From contig JAKSBX010000065.1 in NCBI GenBank assembly GCA_022360905.1, positions 24,148-88,147 on the forward strand: a DNA stretch of 64,000 nucleotides, read 5' to 3'. Every line of letters starts with the position of its first letter. The stretch's first letter is position 1. The notes beneath the pieces were generated by a model that made no database searches, was not told the origin of the DNA, and worked only from the letters and a program-made list of their open reading frames with translations. The DNA comes from Chromatiales bacterium (GTDB taxonomy: Bacteria > Pseudomonadota > Gammaproteobacteria > Chromatiales > Chromatiaceae). Shown one piece after another: positions 48,401 to 58,524 of this stretch. A program made the position numbers and the translations under genes.

Positions 48401-48458
48401 TGATCACCAGCAACCAGGAGATGACCGGTGTACGGACAGAGTATTCCCCGATATTCAT
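45408..48458 (-). CDS. RND efflux permease (AcrB/AcrD/AcrF family)
   Basis: GKLEDPAFTIK, GMLVDNAIVVAEG, KNAIVLIDEID and SRLRPVVL proton-relay motifs; 1016 aa. Confidence 0.95.
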   Translation of the reverse strand: MNIGEYSVRTPVISWLLVIILVGGGLLSFDKMGKLEDPAFTIKNAKVITLYPGASAQEVEDEVTYHIEDAIQRLEQVKRIKMSISRPGMSDISIEFKDKYRADDFPDIYDELRRKIVDMKNKLPPGAQDPMVIDDFGDVFGVYLALTGQGYSWRDLWDFADYLKQELVMVPGVRKVSIGGEQKEVVYVDMSRERLGELGISPSSIAQLLQSQNAVVTAGHGNVQRQRLRIVPSGELNTVTSIGDILVASEDKRLIYLRDIATITRAYDEVPSQLYYLNGKPALTIGISMQKGENVVAVGERLNSRVRELIPNIPIGMEIKEIYNQPLEVDKSVSGFLVSVGQAVAIVIIVLLAFMGLRVGLIIGAVLLITVAGTLLLMHLDGIELQRISLGALVIALGMLVDNAIVVAEGMVVRMQSGMRAAQAAQETVGKTIWALLGGTIIGILAFSAIGLSQDSTGEFANSLFWVILYSLLLSWITAISTTPLLCSLLLKPGSSTGEQGDDPYGSGVFKLFRNLVDRAVRLRWITVSTVIGLFVLAVIGFGSVKQAFFPESNTPMFFVDIWEIEGTDIRATREDTLRINQFLLEQEGVEQTSISIGGGHQRFTLVYDPKETSSVYSQIIVKTDSRERIAEVWEKVDRHMKEHYPWTDPIIKSLRIGPGRDAKIEARFQGPDPVVLRQLSQQAQQIMRADPEAKDIRDDWRQPVKLIRPIFNEQVGRQLGITRESLAYALQYAMDGTPVGQFRDGIRVLPIYMRASEDERSDVGNLRDIVLWSPVLNQSVPAAQVVNGFETVFENPLIRSRDRIQTIIAQCNPTGELATPLFNRLKPQIEAMELPPGYSFTWGGEYEDSKNAQAGLASSLPFGFLLMILVSILLFGKLRQPLIIWLTVPLAIVGITAGLLGFNGAFDFMSLLGALSLIGLLIKNAIVLIDEIDQQIANGKVGYEAILDSTVSRLRPVVLAAATTILGLIPLLQDVFFVNMSLTIMAGLGFATLLTLLFVPTLYAIMFKIEPTVER

Positions 48459-48485
48459 GTGTGCCCCTATGCTTGCTATTGCCGG

Positions 48486-49607
48486 CTATTGGTATTTCAG
48501 GTCTTCAGGTCTCTGCAGCGCCTGTTCTTTGTCCGGCATCAGCCGTACCTTCATACCTTCGACCAGGAACGGGGTACCTGCGGTTACGATTCTGTCTCCA
48601 GGCATCAATCCTTCGAATACTTCTATGTTTTCTCCCGACAGACGCCCGACCGTCACCGCGCGGGGTTTAACCGTCATGCTCTCGGTTTCAATGACCCAGG
48701 CTTGGGGATCGAGTTTATAGTCGCCGACGATGGCGCTGGCGGGTACGCTAAAAACCTTGCTGCCGCTGTCAAACTTACTGAAATCGACCGTCACCTTGGC
48801 CGTCATGCCGGGTAGGATATTGGCACTCTTCAGTCTTTGCATGGTGTAGGTGACTTGAAAGGTTTGGGTTTTGGCGTCGGCCTGAGTGGTGATTTCACGG
48901 AAGGTCAGCGGGTAGCTGCTGCCGGGAATGTCGGCAAACGAGACACTGACCGTTACATCGTCTTTCGCACTCTCCCGATTCTCGGCGGTCAACCCTCGAA
49001 GCAGGTTTTCCGGTACATCGAATTTAACTTCGAGTTCTGAGATGTCCTGCAGCACCAGGATAGACTGCTTCGCCTGTACCTCTTCAAAGTTATCGATATT
49101 GAGTCGTGCAATGGTGCCATTGAAGGGAGCTGTCAGCTTGGTGTAGTTGAGATCCTGCTGGGCTGCCTTCAGGGCGGCGCCGGAACTCTTGAAATCCGCC
49201 TCAAGTTTATCGAAATCCATCTTCGAAATATTTCCCTGTTTTATCAGCTCCTTGGCACGGGTGAAGTTGCTATTGGCCTTGTCAAAATTGGCTTTGCGGT
49301 CGTTATAGACGATCTGAAGGTCGGTTGGATCGAGGGCGGCGACCTGTTGTCCCGCCTGGACCTGATCCCCCTCTTTGACCGCCACTTGCTTGAGTACACC
49401 AGAGACACGAAAAGCGAGCTCCGCTTTGCGGCCCGCATCGATGCGGGCGGGAAATGTGCGGATTGCGCCGCTGGCTGTGGTTTCAATCAGAAAACTCTTA
49501 ACCGGGCGAATCACGTCAGTCTGTATTGTGGTCGGGGGTTCACCGCAACCACCGAGAGAGAGACAGACCAGGGCTAAGCCGAAGACGGCACTATTTGACT
49601 GATACAT
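48486..49607 (-). CDS. RND periplasmic adaptor (membrane fusion) lipoprotein
   Basis: LGGC lipobox, ELAFRVSG lipoyl domain, TKLTAPFNG. Confidence 0.93.
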   Translation of the reverse strand: MYQSNSAVFGLALVCLSLGGCGEPPTTIQTDVIRPVKSFLIETTASGAIRTFPARIDAGRKAELAFRVSGVLKQVAVKEGDQVQAGQQVAALDPTDLQIVYNDRKANFDKANSNFTRAKELIKQGNISKMDFDKLEADFKSSGAALKAAQQDLNYTKLTAPFNGTIARLNIDNFEEVQAKQSILVLQDISELEVKFDVPENLLRGLTAENRESAKDDVTVSVSFADIPGSSYPLTFREITTQADAKTQTFQVTYTMQRLKSANILPGMTAKVTVDFSKFDSGSKVFSVPASAIVGDYKLDPQAWVIETESMTVKPRAVTVGRLSGENIEVFEGLMPGDRIVTAGTPFLVEGMKVRLMPDKEQALQRPEDLKYQ

Positions 49608-49882
49608 TGTTGGCTTGCACTCCAGCTGAATAGGCCCAGTAGGCTGGACTTTTTATATTCTTGGTTTAACCTGAATTTGAGGGTACATGACGGCACAGCG
49701 CGCAAGCTATTGCTTCCCCGGCAGTTCAGCAATGACCACTCAACCTTTGGGTGAAGCTAGGGTTTTTTGGTTCCACTGGGAAACCCATATCAATATAAAC
49801 AGCGCTCTCCATGAACCCACGGATTCAGCTTTAACTTTACTTTAGCGCCAATCAATAAAAATAGACAGCTGGTGACGGCACA

Positions 49883-51172
49883 ATGAAGCCTATAAAAACC
49901 CTTAATAACTTCGGTTTATTGGACCAAACGACCATTCCGCAAAACCTGATCAGCATGCTGCTTGCGATATTTCTTGTCATCGTGATGAGTAGTGGCTGTT
50001 CATTGCTGGAGATCTCGCAACAGAGCGAGGGTGTGAACAAGGCCGGAACCATCTCTGGCCGTGTCGATATTGAGAGTGGCAGTGATGCACCGGTGACGAT
50101 TCTGCTTTTCAGCAAACAGGATTTTGCACCGAAACTGGAACGAAAATATGTTTTGCAGGGGGCCGGGGAGTTTCGTTTCTACGCTCAGCAAGGTATCTAC
50201 TACATTGCCGCTTTTCAGGACACCAACCGGGACAATCTCTATCAGCAAACTGAACCGGCAACCCTGTATGGCGGCAGTGATCTGTTCAATGCGTCCCCCG
50301 TGGCCCTGCAATCCAGTGGCCATGTGGAACTGGATAGACTGATCCTCAAAAGGCCGATTGCCAACAAAATAAACCGGGACAATATCTCTTTTGAGATCGA
50401 GCAGGACCATACGGGAGAGATTGCCACTCTGGATGACCCAAGATTCTCCCGTGAGATCGGGGCACTGGGATTGTGGAAGCCGATCTCTTTCATCGATCAG
50501 GTGGGTATTGGGCTCTATATGCTCAGTTCATCGGAGGCCAAGCGGATTCCGGTGATCTTCATACATGGTGCAGGCGGGACACCGCTGGAGTTTGCCGAAT
50601 TGGCGAAGAGTCTTGACAGTCAACGGTTTGAACCCTGGGTGCTTCACTATCCAAGCGGTCTGAGACTGGACATTATCAGTGACTATCTGGTGAAAAGCAT
50701 CAATCAGCTGGAGAGTCAGTATCCGTTCGACAACTTCTATTTGATTGCCCACAGCATGGGCGGACTGGTGATGCGTTCAACCGTGAAGAAATATACAGCG
50801 AGCGCGCATCATCCTGTGATCGGCCTGACCATGACCATCAACAGCCCCATGGACGGCATGGCCAGTGCCGAGTTCGGTGCCCGGTCATCTCCGATCGTCA
50901 TTCCCTCCTGGCGGGATATCGCACAAAACAGTGAATTCCTGCGCAACATCCGGGATTGGCCCTGGCCAGAGGAGATACCCTATCACCTGGTGTTCTCCTA
51001 CCAGGGTGGAGACAGTGATGATGGGGTGGTTGATCTGGAGAGTCAGATCCCTCTGTCGTTACAGGCTGAAGCGACACGCTTGTACGGCTTTCACGCCGGG
51101 CATGCAACGATTCTAACCAATCCGGACTTCATCCGGAGTTTTCAAAATATCCTCAATAACAGCTTATTGTGA
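49883..51172 (+). CDS. Alpha/beta hydrolase (lipase-like) lipoprotein with an N-terminal beta domain
   Basis: SSGC lipobox-like motif, VIFIHGAGG oxyanion motif, AHSMGG nucleophile elbow, DGVV Asp, GHATIL His. Confidence 0.8.
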   Translation: MKPIKTLNNFGLLDQTTIPQNLISMLLAIFLVIVMSSGCSLLEISQQSEGVNKAGTISGRVDIESGSDAPVTILLFSKQDFAPKLERKYVLQGAGEFRFYAQQGIYYIAAFQDTNRDNLYQQTEPATLYGGSDLFNASPVALQSSGHVELDRLILKRPIANKINRDNISFEIEQDHTGEIATLDDPRFSREIGALGLWKPISFIDQVGIGLYMLSSSEAKRIPVIFIHGAGGTPLEFAELAKSLDSQRFEPWVLHYPSGLRLDIISDYLVKSINQLESQYPFDNFYLIAHSMGGLVMRSTVKKYTASAHHPVIGLTMTINSPMDGMASAEFGARSSPIVIPSWRDIAQNSEFLRNIRDWPWPEEIPYHLVFSYQGGDSDDGVVDLESQIPLSLQAEATRLYGFHAGHATILTNPDFIRSFQNILNNSLL

Positions 51173-51175
51173 ATG

Positions 51176-52228
51176 TCAGGCGATGGTAATGCGGTTGTCC
51201 AGATAGACGTCCTGTATACTGTTTAGCAACTCCACACCTTCACTCATGGGACGTTGGAAGGCCTTGCGCCCGGAGATCATACCCATGCCTCCGGCCCGCT
51301 TGTTGATCACAGCGGTGCGTACGGCTTGTGCCAGGTCTCCCTGGCCCGATGAGGCACCACCGGAGTTGATCAGTCCGGCGCGTCCCATGTAACAGTTGGC
51401 TACCTGATATCGGACCAGATCAATTGGATGTTCCGAAGTGAGCTCACTATAGACCTTGTCATGAGTCTTGCCGAATTTGACGGCCTGATAGCCCTTGTTT
51501 CCTTCAGCCTGTTTCTGCTTGACAATATCCGCCCCAATGGTAGCCGCCAGGTGGTTGGCTTGTCCGGTAAGATCAGCCGCAGAGTGGTAGTCCACCCCGT
51601 CCACCTTGAAGGAGCTGTTTCTCAAATAGGCCCATAGCACGGTCACCATGCCCAGTTCATGGGCCTGCTGAAATGCTTCCGAGATCTCCATGATCTGACG
51701 GCGTGACTCTGGTGAGCCGTAGTAGATTGTGGCACCGACTGCCACCGCGCCCATATCGAAGGCCTGTTCCACCGATGCGAACAAGGTCTGGTCGTACATG
51801 GTAGGGTAGGTGAGCATTTCATTGTGATTCAGCTTGACTAGGAAAGGGATCTTGTGGGCATAGCGGCGTGATACCGAACTCAGCACACCCAAAGTTGAGG
51901 CGACAGCGTTGCAGCCCCCCTCAATCGCCAGTTCGACGATTTTAGCCGGATCGAAATAGACTGGATTCGGCGCAAAGGATGCACCACCCGAGTGCTCTAC
52001 GCCCTGGTCAACCGGCAATATGGAAAGATAGCCGCTACCCGCCAGACGGCCTGTATTGAACAGGCCCTGAAGATTGCGCAAGACCCCAGGCTTGAGGTCT
52101 TTATCTGCAACAACCCGCTCCACATAGTCCGCTCCCGGCAGATGCAGCATGGATTGATCGATGGTCTTGCATTGGTGGTTCAATAGCTGATCGGCTTCAG
52201 AGCCGAGTAGGGTGGTGATGTCGGTCAT
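51176..52228 (-). CDS. fbaB: Class I fructose-bisphosphate aldolase
   Basis: [42 protein letters not shown]; likely start MTDITTLLG at 52228. Confidence 0.95.
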   Translation of the reverse strand: MTDITTLLGSEADQLLNHQCKTIDQSMLHLPGADYVERVVADKDLKPGVLRNLQGLFNTGRLAGSGYLSILPVDQGVEHSGGASFAPNPVYFDPAKIVELAIEGGCNAVASTLGVLSSVSRRYAHKIPFLVKLNHNEMLTYPTMYDQTLFASVEQAFDMGAVAVGATIYYGSPESRRQIMEISEAFQQAHELGMVTVLWAYLRNSSFKVDGVDYHSAADLTGQANHLAATIGADIVKQKQAEGNKGYQAVKFGKTHDKVYSELTSEHPIDLVRYQVANCYMGRAGLINSGGASSGQGDLAQAVRTAVINKRAGGMGMISGRKAFQRPMSEGVELLNSIQDVYLDNRITIA

Positions 52229-52473
52229 TGTTTGTTCCAGTTGGTTATTCTGCTCCATGAGTATAGATAGTCTGCGGCGTTATGTAAGTGCTCTGACGGA
52301 TCGCTTTTTCCTGGTTTTACGGGTTTTTTTGAAGGGGGTCGGAAATATCTGATACAGAGAGTATTTTTTAGGATGGCATGAAAGGATAGTTATCTGTCAT
52401 CTTCTGCCAGTGTGTGTCGTCTTCCGAATATCTAGACTAGTTACATCGAAGCGAACAACAGAGGAGACAGGCA

Positions 52474-53286
52474 ATGACACAAGCGAACACAGCGTTGATT
52501 ACAGGGGCATCCAGCGGCATCGGCGAAGCACTGGCCCGAATACATGCAAGCAAGGGAGGTGACCTGGTATTGGTGGCCAGATCGCGTAACAAACTTGAAA
52601 CATTGCAGGCTGAACTGGAGTCTGAACATGGCATCAAGGTCACGGTCATCGTTGCGGATCTTTCCGATCCTGAAGCCACGAATGAAATTTACAATCGCAC
52701 CGAAGAACTGGGAATCGTTGTGGACACCCTGATCAACAATGCCGGTTTTGGTGGTCATGGCCTGTTTCATGAACGGGAACTGGCTGCAGAGCAGCAGATG
52801 ATGCAGGTGAACATGGTCAGTTTGACCAATCTGACCCATCTCTACCTGCAGGGAATGGTGGCGCGCCAACATGGACGCATATTGAATGTCTCATCCACAG
52901 CATCCTTTATGCCTGGTCCGTTACAGGCGGTCTACTATGCCAGCAAGGCCTTTGTGACTTCGTTCACCCAAGCCATAGCGGAGGAGGTGGCTGAATACCA
53001 CGTTACTGCAACTGCATTATGTCCCGGTGCGGTGGATACCGGATTTGTCAAAGCCGGAAACCTGGAAGGTGTCGATGTTTGGAAAAATGCCAAGACGGCT
53101 GAATCGGTGGCAGAATATGGTTATCGGGCGATGCAAAAAGGCCAACTTGTTGCTATCAATGAAAAGAGTCTGGATCTGATGCTGAACTGGATTATTCCTC
53201 TACTACCGAGAAAGCTGGTGTTGAAACTATCCCGTCAGTTGATGGAGAAAAATGTACAACCTGTTGAGGCAAAAACCACGTCATGA
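52474..53286 (+). CDS. Short-chain dehydrogenase/reductase (DltE-like)
   Basis: ITGASSGIG, NNAGFG, YYASK. Confidence 0.93.
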   Translation: MTQANTALITGASSGIGEALARIHASKGGDLVLVARSRNKLETLQAELESEHGIKVTVIVADLSDPEATNEIYNRTEELGIVVDTLINNAGFGGHGLFHERELAAEQQMMQVNMVSLTNLTHLYLQGMVARQHGRILNVSSTASFMPGPLQAVYYASKAFVTSFTQAIAEEVAEYHVTATALCPGAVDTGFVKAGNLEGVDVWKNAKTAESVAEYGYRAMQKGQLVAINEKSLDLMLNWIIPLLPRKLVLKLSRQLMEKNVQPVEAKTTS

Positions 53287-54278
53287 AACGTGCCAGTAAT
53301 TTTACTGTCTCCCCGAGTTGGGCGATCTTATTCAAGGATATGCAGGTTGATATGTCAGCTGTGCTGAAACATGCAGATCTGCCTGCTGATCTGTTCAACC
53401 GGGAAGACGCGACTCTTACTCCGGCCCAGTACTATCAACTCTGGCGTAGCCTTGAATCGATCGTCGGTGAACAGAGCATCGCGCTGCTGCTCGCCAAGCA
53501 TCTGAGTGTCGAGTCCTTCGATCCGGCAATCTTTGCCTCGATCTGCAGTCCCGATCTGAATACGGCCTTACAGCGACTGAGAGACTACAAACCGCTGATC
53601 GGTCCAATGATATTGACGATCGACATCTCACCCAAGCAGACCCGATTGTCGATCGATTGCTATGGACATGAAGAGAATATGCCGAGCTCGCTAGGTATAA
53701 CCGAACTGGTGTTTTTCACCCAACTGGCTCGTATCGCCACCCGTACCGAGATCAGACCATTGGCAGTCCAACTACCCATACTGCCTGAAAACCTTCAGCC
53801 CTATGTGGATTATTTCGGTTGTCGGTTAAAGTCTGGTAAAGAGGTCGCAATCAGTTTCAGCGCGAAAGATGCATCTATGCCGTTTCTAACTTCAAATGCT
53901 TCGATCTGGTCTTTTTTCGAAGGAAAATTGAATCAACGTTTGAAAGACCTGGATGCCTCTGCTAGTTTTACAGAGCGGGTGAGATCGGTTCTCCTTGAAG
54001 CGCTCCCCAGTGGTGATAGTTCGATTGAATCTGTCGCACAACGGCTTGCCATGAGTAAACGGACCTTGCAAAGAAAACTCACTGATGAAGCGGAGACCTA
54101 TCAATCGGTGCTTCAAAGTGTACGATCTGAATTGGCTGATCACTATCTGAAAAAATCCCATCTCTCATTAGGCGAAATCTCTTTTATGCTGGGATTTCAA
54201 GAAACCAACTCCTTCATTCGGGCCTACAGTACTTGGAAGGGTGTCAGCCCGGGGCTGTTCAGGGAACGTTTTCAGTAA
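53283..54278 (+). CDS. AraC family transcriptional regulator
   Basis: C-terminal MSKRTLQRKL...LSLGEISFMLGFQETNSFIRAYSTWKG double HTH. Confidence 0.92.
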   Translation: MKRASNFTVSPSWAILFKDMQVDMSAVLKHADLPADLFNREDATLTPAQYYQLWRSLESIVGEQSIALLLAKHLSVESFDPAIFASICSPDLNTALQRLRDYKPLIGPMILTIDISPKQTRLSIDCYGHEENMPSSLGITELVFFTQLARIATRTEIRPLAVQLPILPENLQPYVDYFGCRLKSGKEVAISFSAKDASMPFLTSNASIWSFFEGKLNQRLKDLDASASFTERVRSVLLEALPSGDSSIESVAQRLAMSKRTLQRKLTDEAETYQSVLQSVRSELADHYLKKSHLSLGEISFMLGFQETNSFIRAYSTWKGVSPGLFRERFQ

Positions 54279-54293
54279 ACATCACAAATACTG

Positions 54294-55031
54294 ATGCAAA
54301 CTATGAAGCAAAAACTGCTCCTTTTTACACTGGGTTCACTGCTGATTTTTTTGTTGCTATCAGTCTGGTATAAGCCAGCTGAGTCCAGTGAGCCAGGTGA
54401 AAAAGAAGTCGTTGTACTGTTGCATGGTCTGGCCCGCAGCAATATGGCGATGTGGCGGTTAAAGCAGAGACTTGAAGAGGCAGACTTCCATGTGGAAACT
54501 ATTGGTTACGCCTCTTTCAATCGAACATCTCAGGATATTATCCTGGAGATCAGTCAACAGATTAACGACTGCTGCAGGTCGATCAACAACCGGGTACATT
54601 TTGTCGGTCACTCTCTGGGTGGGTTACTGATACGCGCCTACCTGGTGGAAAACAGACTCGATAACCTGGGTAGAGTGGTGCTGATCGGAACACCCAACCA
54701 TGGATCCGAGGTTGCAGATTATGCAAACCGGAAGTGGTGGGGCCATTTTGCCGGTCCGGCAGCTTTATCACTGGGAACCAGCAAAGAGAGTTTTCCAAAC
54801 ACCCTGCCAGAGCCTGACTATCCCGTTGGAATTATTGCCGGGGTCAGCTCATCTGGTAACGAAGAGCTGATTCCGGGTCTCGATGATGGGTTGGTTTCTG
54901 TCGAATCAACCAAGCTTGAAAATATGCAGGATTTCATAGCTGTACCATCCGGACACTCCATGATGCGTTACAACAAAGTGGTTGCATCCCAAACCATTCA
55001 TTTTCTGAAACATGGACAATTTAATAACTGA
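54294..55031 (+). CDS. Exported alpha/beta hydrolase (lipase/acetyltransferase-like)
   Basis: VVLLHGLAR, GHSLGG, DDGLVSV, GHSMM. Confidence 0.88.
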   Translation: MQTMKQKLLLFTLGSLLIFLLLSVWYKPAESSEPGEKEVVVLLHGLARSNMAMWRLKQRLEEADFHVETIGYASFNRTSQDIILEISQQINDCCRSINNRVHFVGHSLGGLLIRAYLVENRLDNLGRVVLIGTPNHGSEVADYANRKWWGHFAGPAALSLGTSKESFPNTLPEPDYPVGIIAGVSSSGNEELIPGLDDGLVSVESTKLENMQDFIAVPSGHSMMRYNKVVASQTIHFLKHGQFNN

Positions 55032-55136
55032 TACTCTCCAATCGGCAGTCCTCATTTATGACAATTCAGCAGTCATATCCTGGATTGGAGTTGATGAGCA
55101 GAGGGATATTCCTGAGGTTTGGTTTCACGAAACCAC

Positions 55137-58040
55137 TCAGGACTGCTCGCTTTCTGCAGCAGCTGGTTCTGTTTCGGCTGGTGGACTGGCAGAACTCTCG
55201 TTTTCTGAGTCCGCTTCTAGCTCACGGGTGGGATCGGATTGGAGTTCTTCTCCTGCTGTGTCCTCCGGCATACCGATTTCACGCTCATCCGCTTGTTCGC
55301 TGGTTTCGGTGTCTGCTCCACAATTGGTTTGATCCTCTGCAGAATCACAGGAAGATTTTTCACCAGCCTTTTGCTTGGACTCGGCATCCACATTGGCCAT
55401 CCGCTCAAGCTGCTCCTCGGCTTTCGAACGTCCATACTTGCGCAGATTGATTTCGAATACCTGAAGACCGGATGAACCTTTCTCCCCGGAGCTCCTGTTA
55501 CCCTCGCGATCAGAGCTGTTCTGCTGATCAAACAGAGAGCTGCTGGATGAGCCAATGGTTGAAGTTGGTGTGGGGGACTGTATGGAGACAAACGGCAGGG
55601 CATCATCATCGATGATGCGGATAATGGCGGTACTCGGATCGGAAATCACCGCACCCCCACCGGCGTTGGAGAGTATCAGAGTGAAACTGCTCTCCTGCTC
55701 ATAGAGGGTATCGTTGATGATATCGATCGTCAGAGACCGGTGGCTTACCCCTTCTGCAAAGGTCAATGTGCCACTGGCCGATCGATAGTCTTCATCCTCA
55801 ACGGCTGAGCCGTTCAGCGTGTTGTACTCCACGGTGGCTTTGATATCGAGATTACCCTCACGCATTACAGAGACTCTGAGCTGGCTGGCATTCTCTCGGA
55901 TTTCATAGCTGACCGATTCCAGTGAGATGGTCGCGAAATTGGTATCAGGATCATCATTCAGGATAGAGATGGTGGTTGAGGCCGGAGTCCCGATATCTGC
56001 ATCACCATCCAGCTCCGTGATAATCAGCTGGAATCGTTCGCTCTCCTCGAACAGATCATCGTCTACCAGTTCAATTGAAATCTGTTTCTCGGTCTCTCCG
56101 GGTAGAAACCGGACCATCGATTCGGTTTCGATGAAATCAACCTCTGCCAGTGCCGTATCAGCAACTGTCCGGTAGCTAACTTCGATGGTCCCAGCCGTGC
56201 CACCTGTACGAACCAGGCTGACAAGGGCCTCACCACGGGACTCGTTAACCGCCACGGAGAGTGAGTTGAACGCAACGGTGCCGGCACCATCATCATCCAG
56301 TATGACAACCTCAACCTCAGCCTGATGCCCCAGGGCGGCATCGCCTCTGACATCACTTAGTAATATCTGGAAAGCTTCATTCTCCTCATCGTCTCGGTCA
56401 TTGATGATCGGTATTTCAATACTGCGCAGTGTCTCCCCATCCGCAAAGGTCAATCTGCCGGACTGGCTGAGATAATCTTCACCGGCTTTTGCATCATCAT
56501 CACTGGTGGTAAATTCAACAGAGACTTCACCTTCACTATTGCCTACCCGCCTGACAGTCACGATCAAACGATTCGTGTTTTCATCGATCGAGTATTGGCT
56601 TTCATTGAATATCAGCAGGCTTTGGTCACTTGAGCCTGAATTGCTCAAAAGCAGATCATAGGCTGCAGAGACATCAGCCAGACCATAGCCGAATTGATCA
56701 TCGGCACCGGCTTCGCCAAGATCGATTGCGCTATCATAGAGAGCGGTCTCAATCTGCGAGATCGGGGTATCTGGAAAAGCACTCTTGAGCAGCGCTAAGG
56801 CACCGGTGATATGCGGTGCTGCAAATGAGGTTCCGGAAACCACGTTATAGGCAACCGGCAGTCGATCGGTGGTATAGACCTGTGAACCAGGTGCCACCAG
56901 TTTTGGATAGATTCCGCCATCACAGGCGTTAGGACCACGACTGCTTTGAAACTCGATCTCGTCCAGCAGATCGATTGCACCAACCGATAGCGAACCTGAG
57001 TTGTTGGCCGGACTGATACTGGTTTCTGCAAACGGGCCGTAGTTACCTGCTGAAAAAACCACACCGATACCGGCTTCCCGTAACAGCCGAATATCCTCAT
57101 CAAACTCCTGATAACACTGGTTGATGGTGTTGGCGAACCCCCAGGAGTTGTTGACCAGGTGAGGGGCGTCATCCGTCAGTGGATCACCATCGGGATCGAG
57201 CAGCCACTGAAAAGCCAGATGAATGGCGCTGAGAGTGGTCTGATTCGCATTGTCAAAGATTCGTGCCGCGATCCATTTTGCTTCAGGGGCCATCCCGACC
57301 TGATAGCCACTCTCATCGCCAGCGAGGATCAAGCCGAGTGCCTGTGTACCATGCCCTACCAGGTCGATGGGCAGCTCCTGATCTCCGTAGGGATCGAACC
57401 AGCTGTTGTCGCCACCACGCCAGCGGTCGGCCAGATCCGGATGATTGACATCGACACCGGAATCCATGATACCGACCACAATCCCTTCACCTCGAATCTC
57501 CCGTTCCCAGAGTCTCGCCGCATTGAGCTTCTCGATATTCCACTGGGGCTGACTGTCAACATCCTCCACTTCCGGGGTGTTCATGGTTAGGCGCATGTCT
57601 GCGGTTACCCGCTCGACCCCGGGTAGTGCCGAGATTGCATCAATCATCTCGGGGGGGACATCTAAAGCGATGCCGTTGATTGTCCAGAGAGACTTCAGTT
57701 TGGTTTTCACCCCATGCTTACGCAACAGTTCAGACAGCCTGGCAGAGGCTTCCCGAGTTTGTTGTTGCAGGCCGCTGAAGACGCTTTGGCGAAACTGTTT
57801 GCGTTTCAGTGTTTTGCTCTCTTTGCGGCTTCGATATTGCTCGGATTTCAGGTGTTGTTCCTTCAACTCGCTGATGTTGTATTGTTTTTCAAACCGAACA
57901 ATCACCGCTACCCGATCGAGTCTTGAAGCATCCGAAACCAGCTTTTCTGCATCTGCAGTCAGAGCCGCTGCCGCAAAGAGCATCGGTTGGTAGAAGGTGA
58001 TGGCCGCCAGAACTACGGCGGTTGTAAATCGGTTAAGCAT
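55137..58040 (-). CDS. Secreted S8 subtilase with prodomain, three Calx-beta repeats and an acidic low-complexity tail
   Basis: Signal peptide; GIMDSG (Asp), GHGTQ (His), SGTSFAAPH (Ser); three Calx-beta repeats. Confidence 0.92.
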   Translation of the reverse strand: MLNRFTTAVVLAAITFYQPMLFAAAALTADAEKLVSDASRLDRVAVIVRFEKQYNISELKEQHLKSEQYRSRKESKTLKRKQFRQSVFSGLQQQTREASARLSELLRKHGVKTKLKSLWTINGIALDVPPEMIDAISALPGVERVTADMRLTMNTPEVEDVDSQPQWNIEKLNAARLWEREIRGEGIVVGIMDSGVDVNHPDLADRWRGGDNSWFDPYGDQELPIDLVGHGTQALGLILAGDESGYQVGMAPEAKWIAARIFDNANQTTLSAIHLAFQWLLDPDGDPLTDDAPHLVNNSWGFANTINQCYQEFDEDIRLLREAGIGVVFSAGNYGPFAETSISPANNSGSLSVGAIDLLDEIEFQSSRGPNACDGGIYPKLVAPGSQVYTTDRLPVAYNVVSGTSFAAPHITGALALLKSAFPDTPISQIETALYDSAIDLGEAGADDQFGYGLADVSAAYDLLLSNSGSSDQSLLIFNESQYSIDENTNRLIVTVRRVGNSEGEVSVEFTTSDDDAKAGEDYLSQSGRLTFADGETLRSIEIPIINDRDDEENEAFQILLSDVRGDAALGHQAEVEVVILDDDGAGTVAFNSLSVAVNESRGEALVSLVRTGGTAGTIEVSYRTVADTALAEVDFIETESMVRFLPGETEKQISIELVDDDLFEESERFQLIITELDGDADIGTPASTTISILNDDPDTNFATISLESVSYEIRENASQLRVSVMREGNLDIKATVEYNTLNGSAVEDEDYRSASGTLTFAEGVSHRSLTIDIINDTLYEQESSFTLILSNAGGGAVISDPSTAIIRIIDDDALPFVSIQSPTPTSTIGSSSSSLFDQQNSSDREGNRSSGEKGSSGLQVFEINLRKYGRSKAEEQLERMANVDAESKQKAGEKSSCDSAEDQTNCGADTETSEQADEREIGMPEDTAGEELQSDPTRELEADSENESSASPPAETEPAAAESEQS

Positions 58041-58524
58041 GCTTAGTTCGCCACAGAAGACGATTAATTCCTCGAATGCGCGGATACCTGTTATATAAGG
58101 TTCACACGGATAGTGAATTAACTATATTCTCTGTACATATTGGGCGATATGCTGACTACTACTACCAGTGGATGAGGTCTATTACTACCTTGGGTGCAGT
58201 GAATGGGCTTCCTAGGCAGTCAGTATGAATTCTTAACTGATTGTTATTGTTGAGTATATTTCCTTTTAAAGATTACTCTGGACTGTAGCTGTCATGGTAG
58301 GGTTTTTATGCATCAAAGGTAAGGAGTTACCCCATATGCAAATACACCCTCCCATCAATCATACTATTTAAGAATTTCTGCTGAGATAGTGTAAGGAGAT
58401 TTCTGATCAGATCGGAGGCAATGGATTGAGTTGATTCTGCTGCTGTGCAATAGCATTGAATAGCTGTCAGGACTTAGGTTAACGAATACTTGCGATAGTG
58501 TAGGAATTGATCACAGGAAAGCCA

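Noticed and set aside
51176-55031. fbaB, SDR, AraC and hydrolase genes as part of the oxidase system
   Set aside because: Ordinary, widely distributed genes separated from the locus by the repeat element and RND pump, with no motif or orientation linking them.
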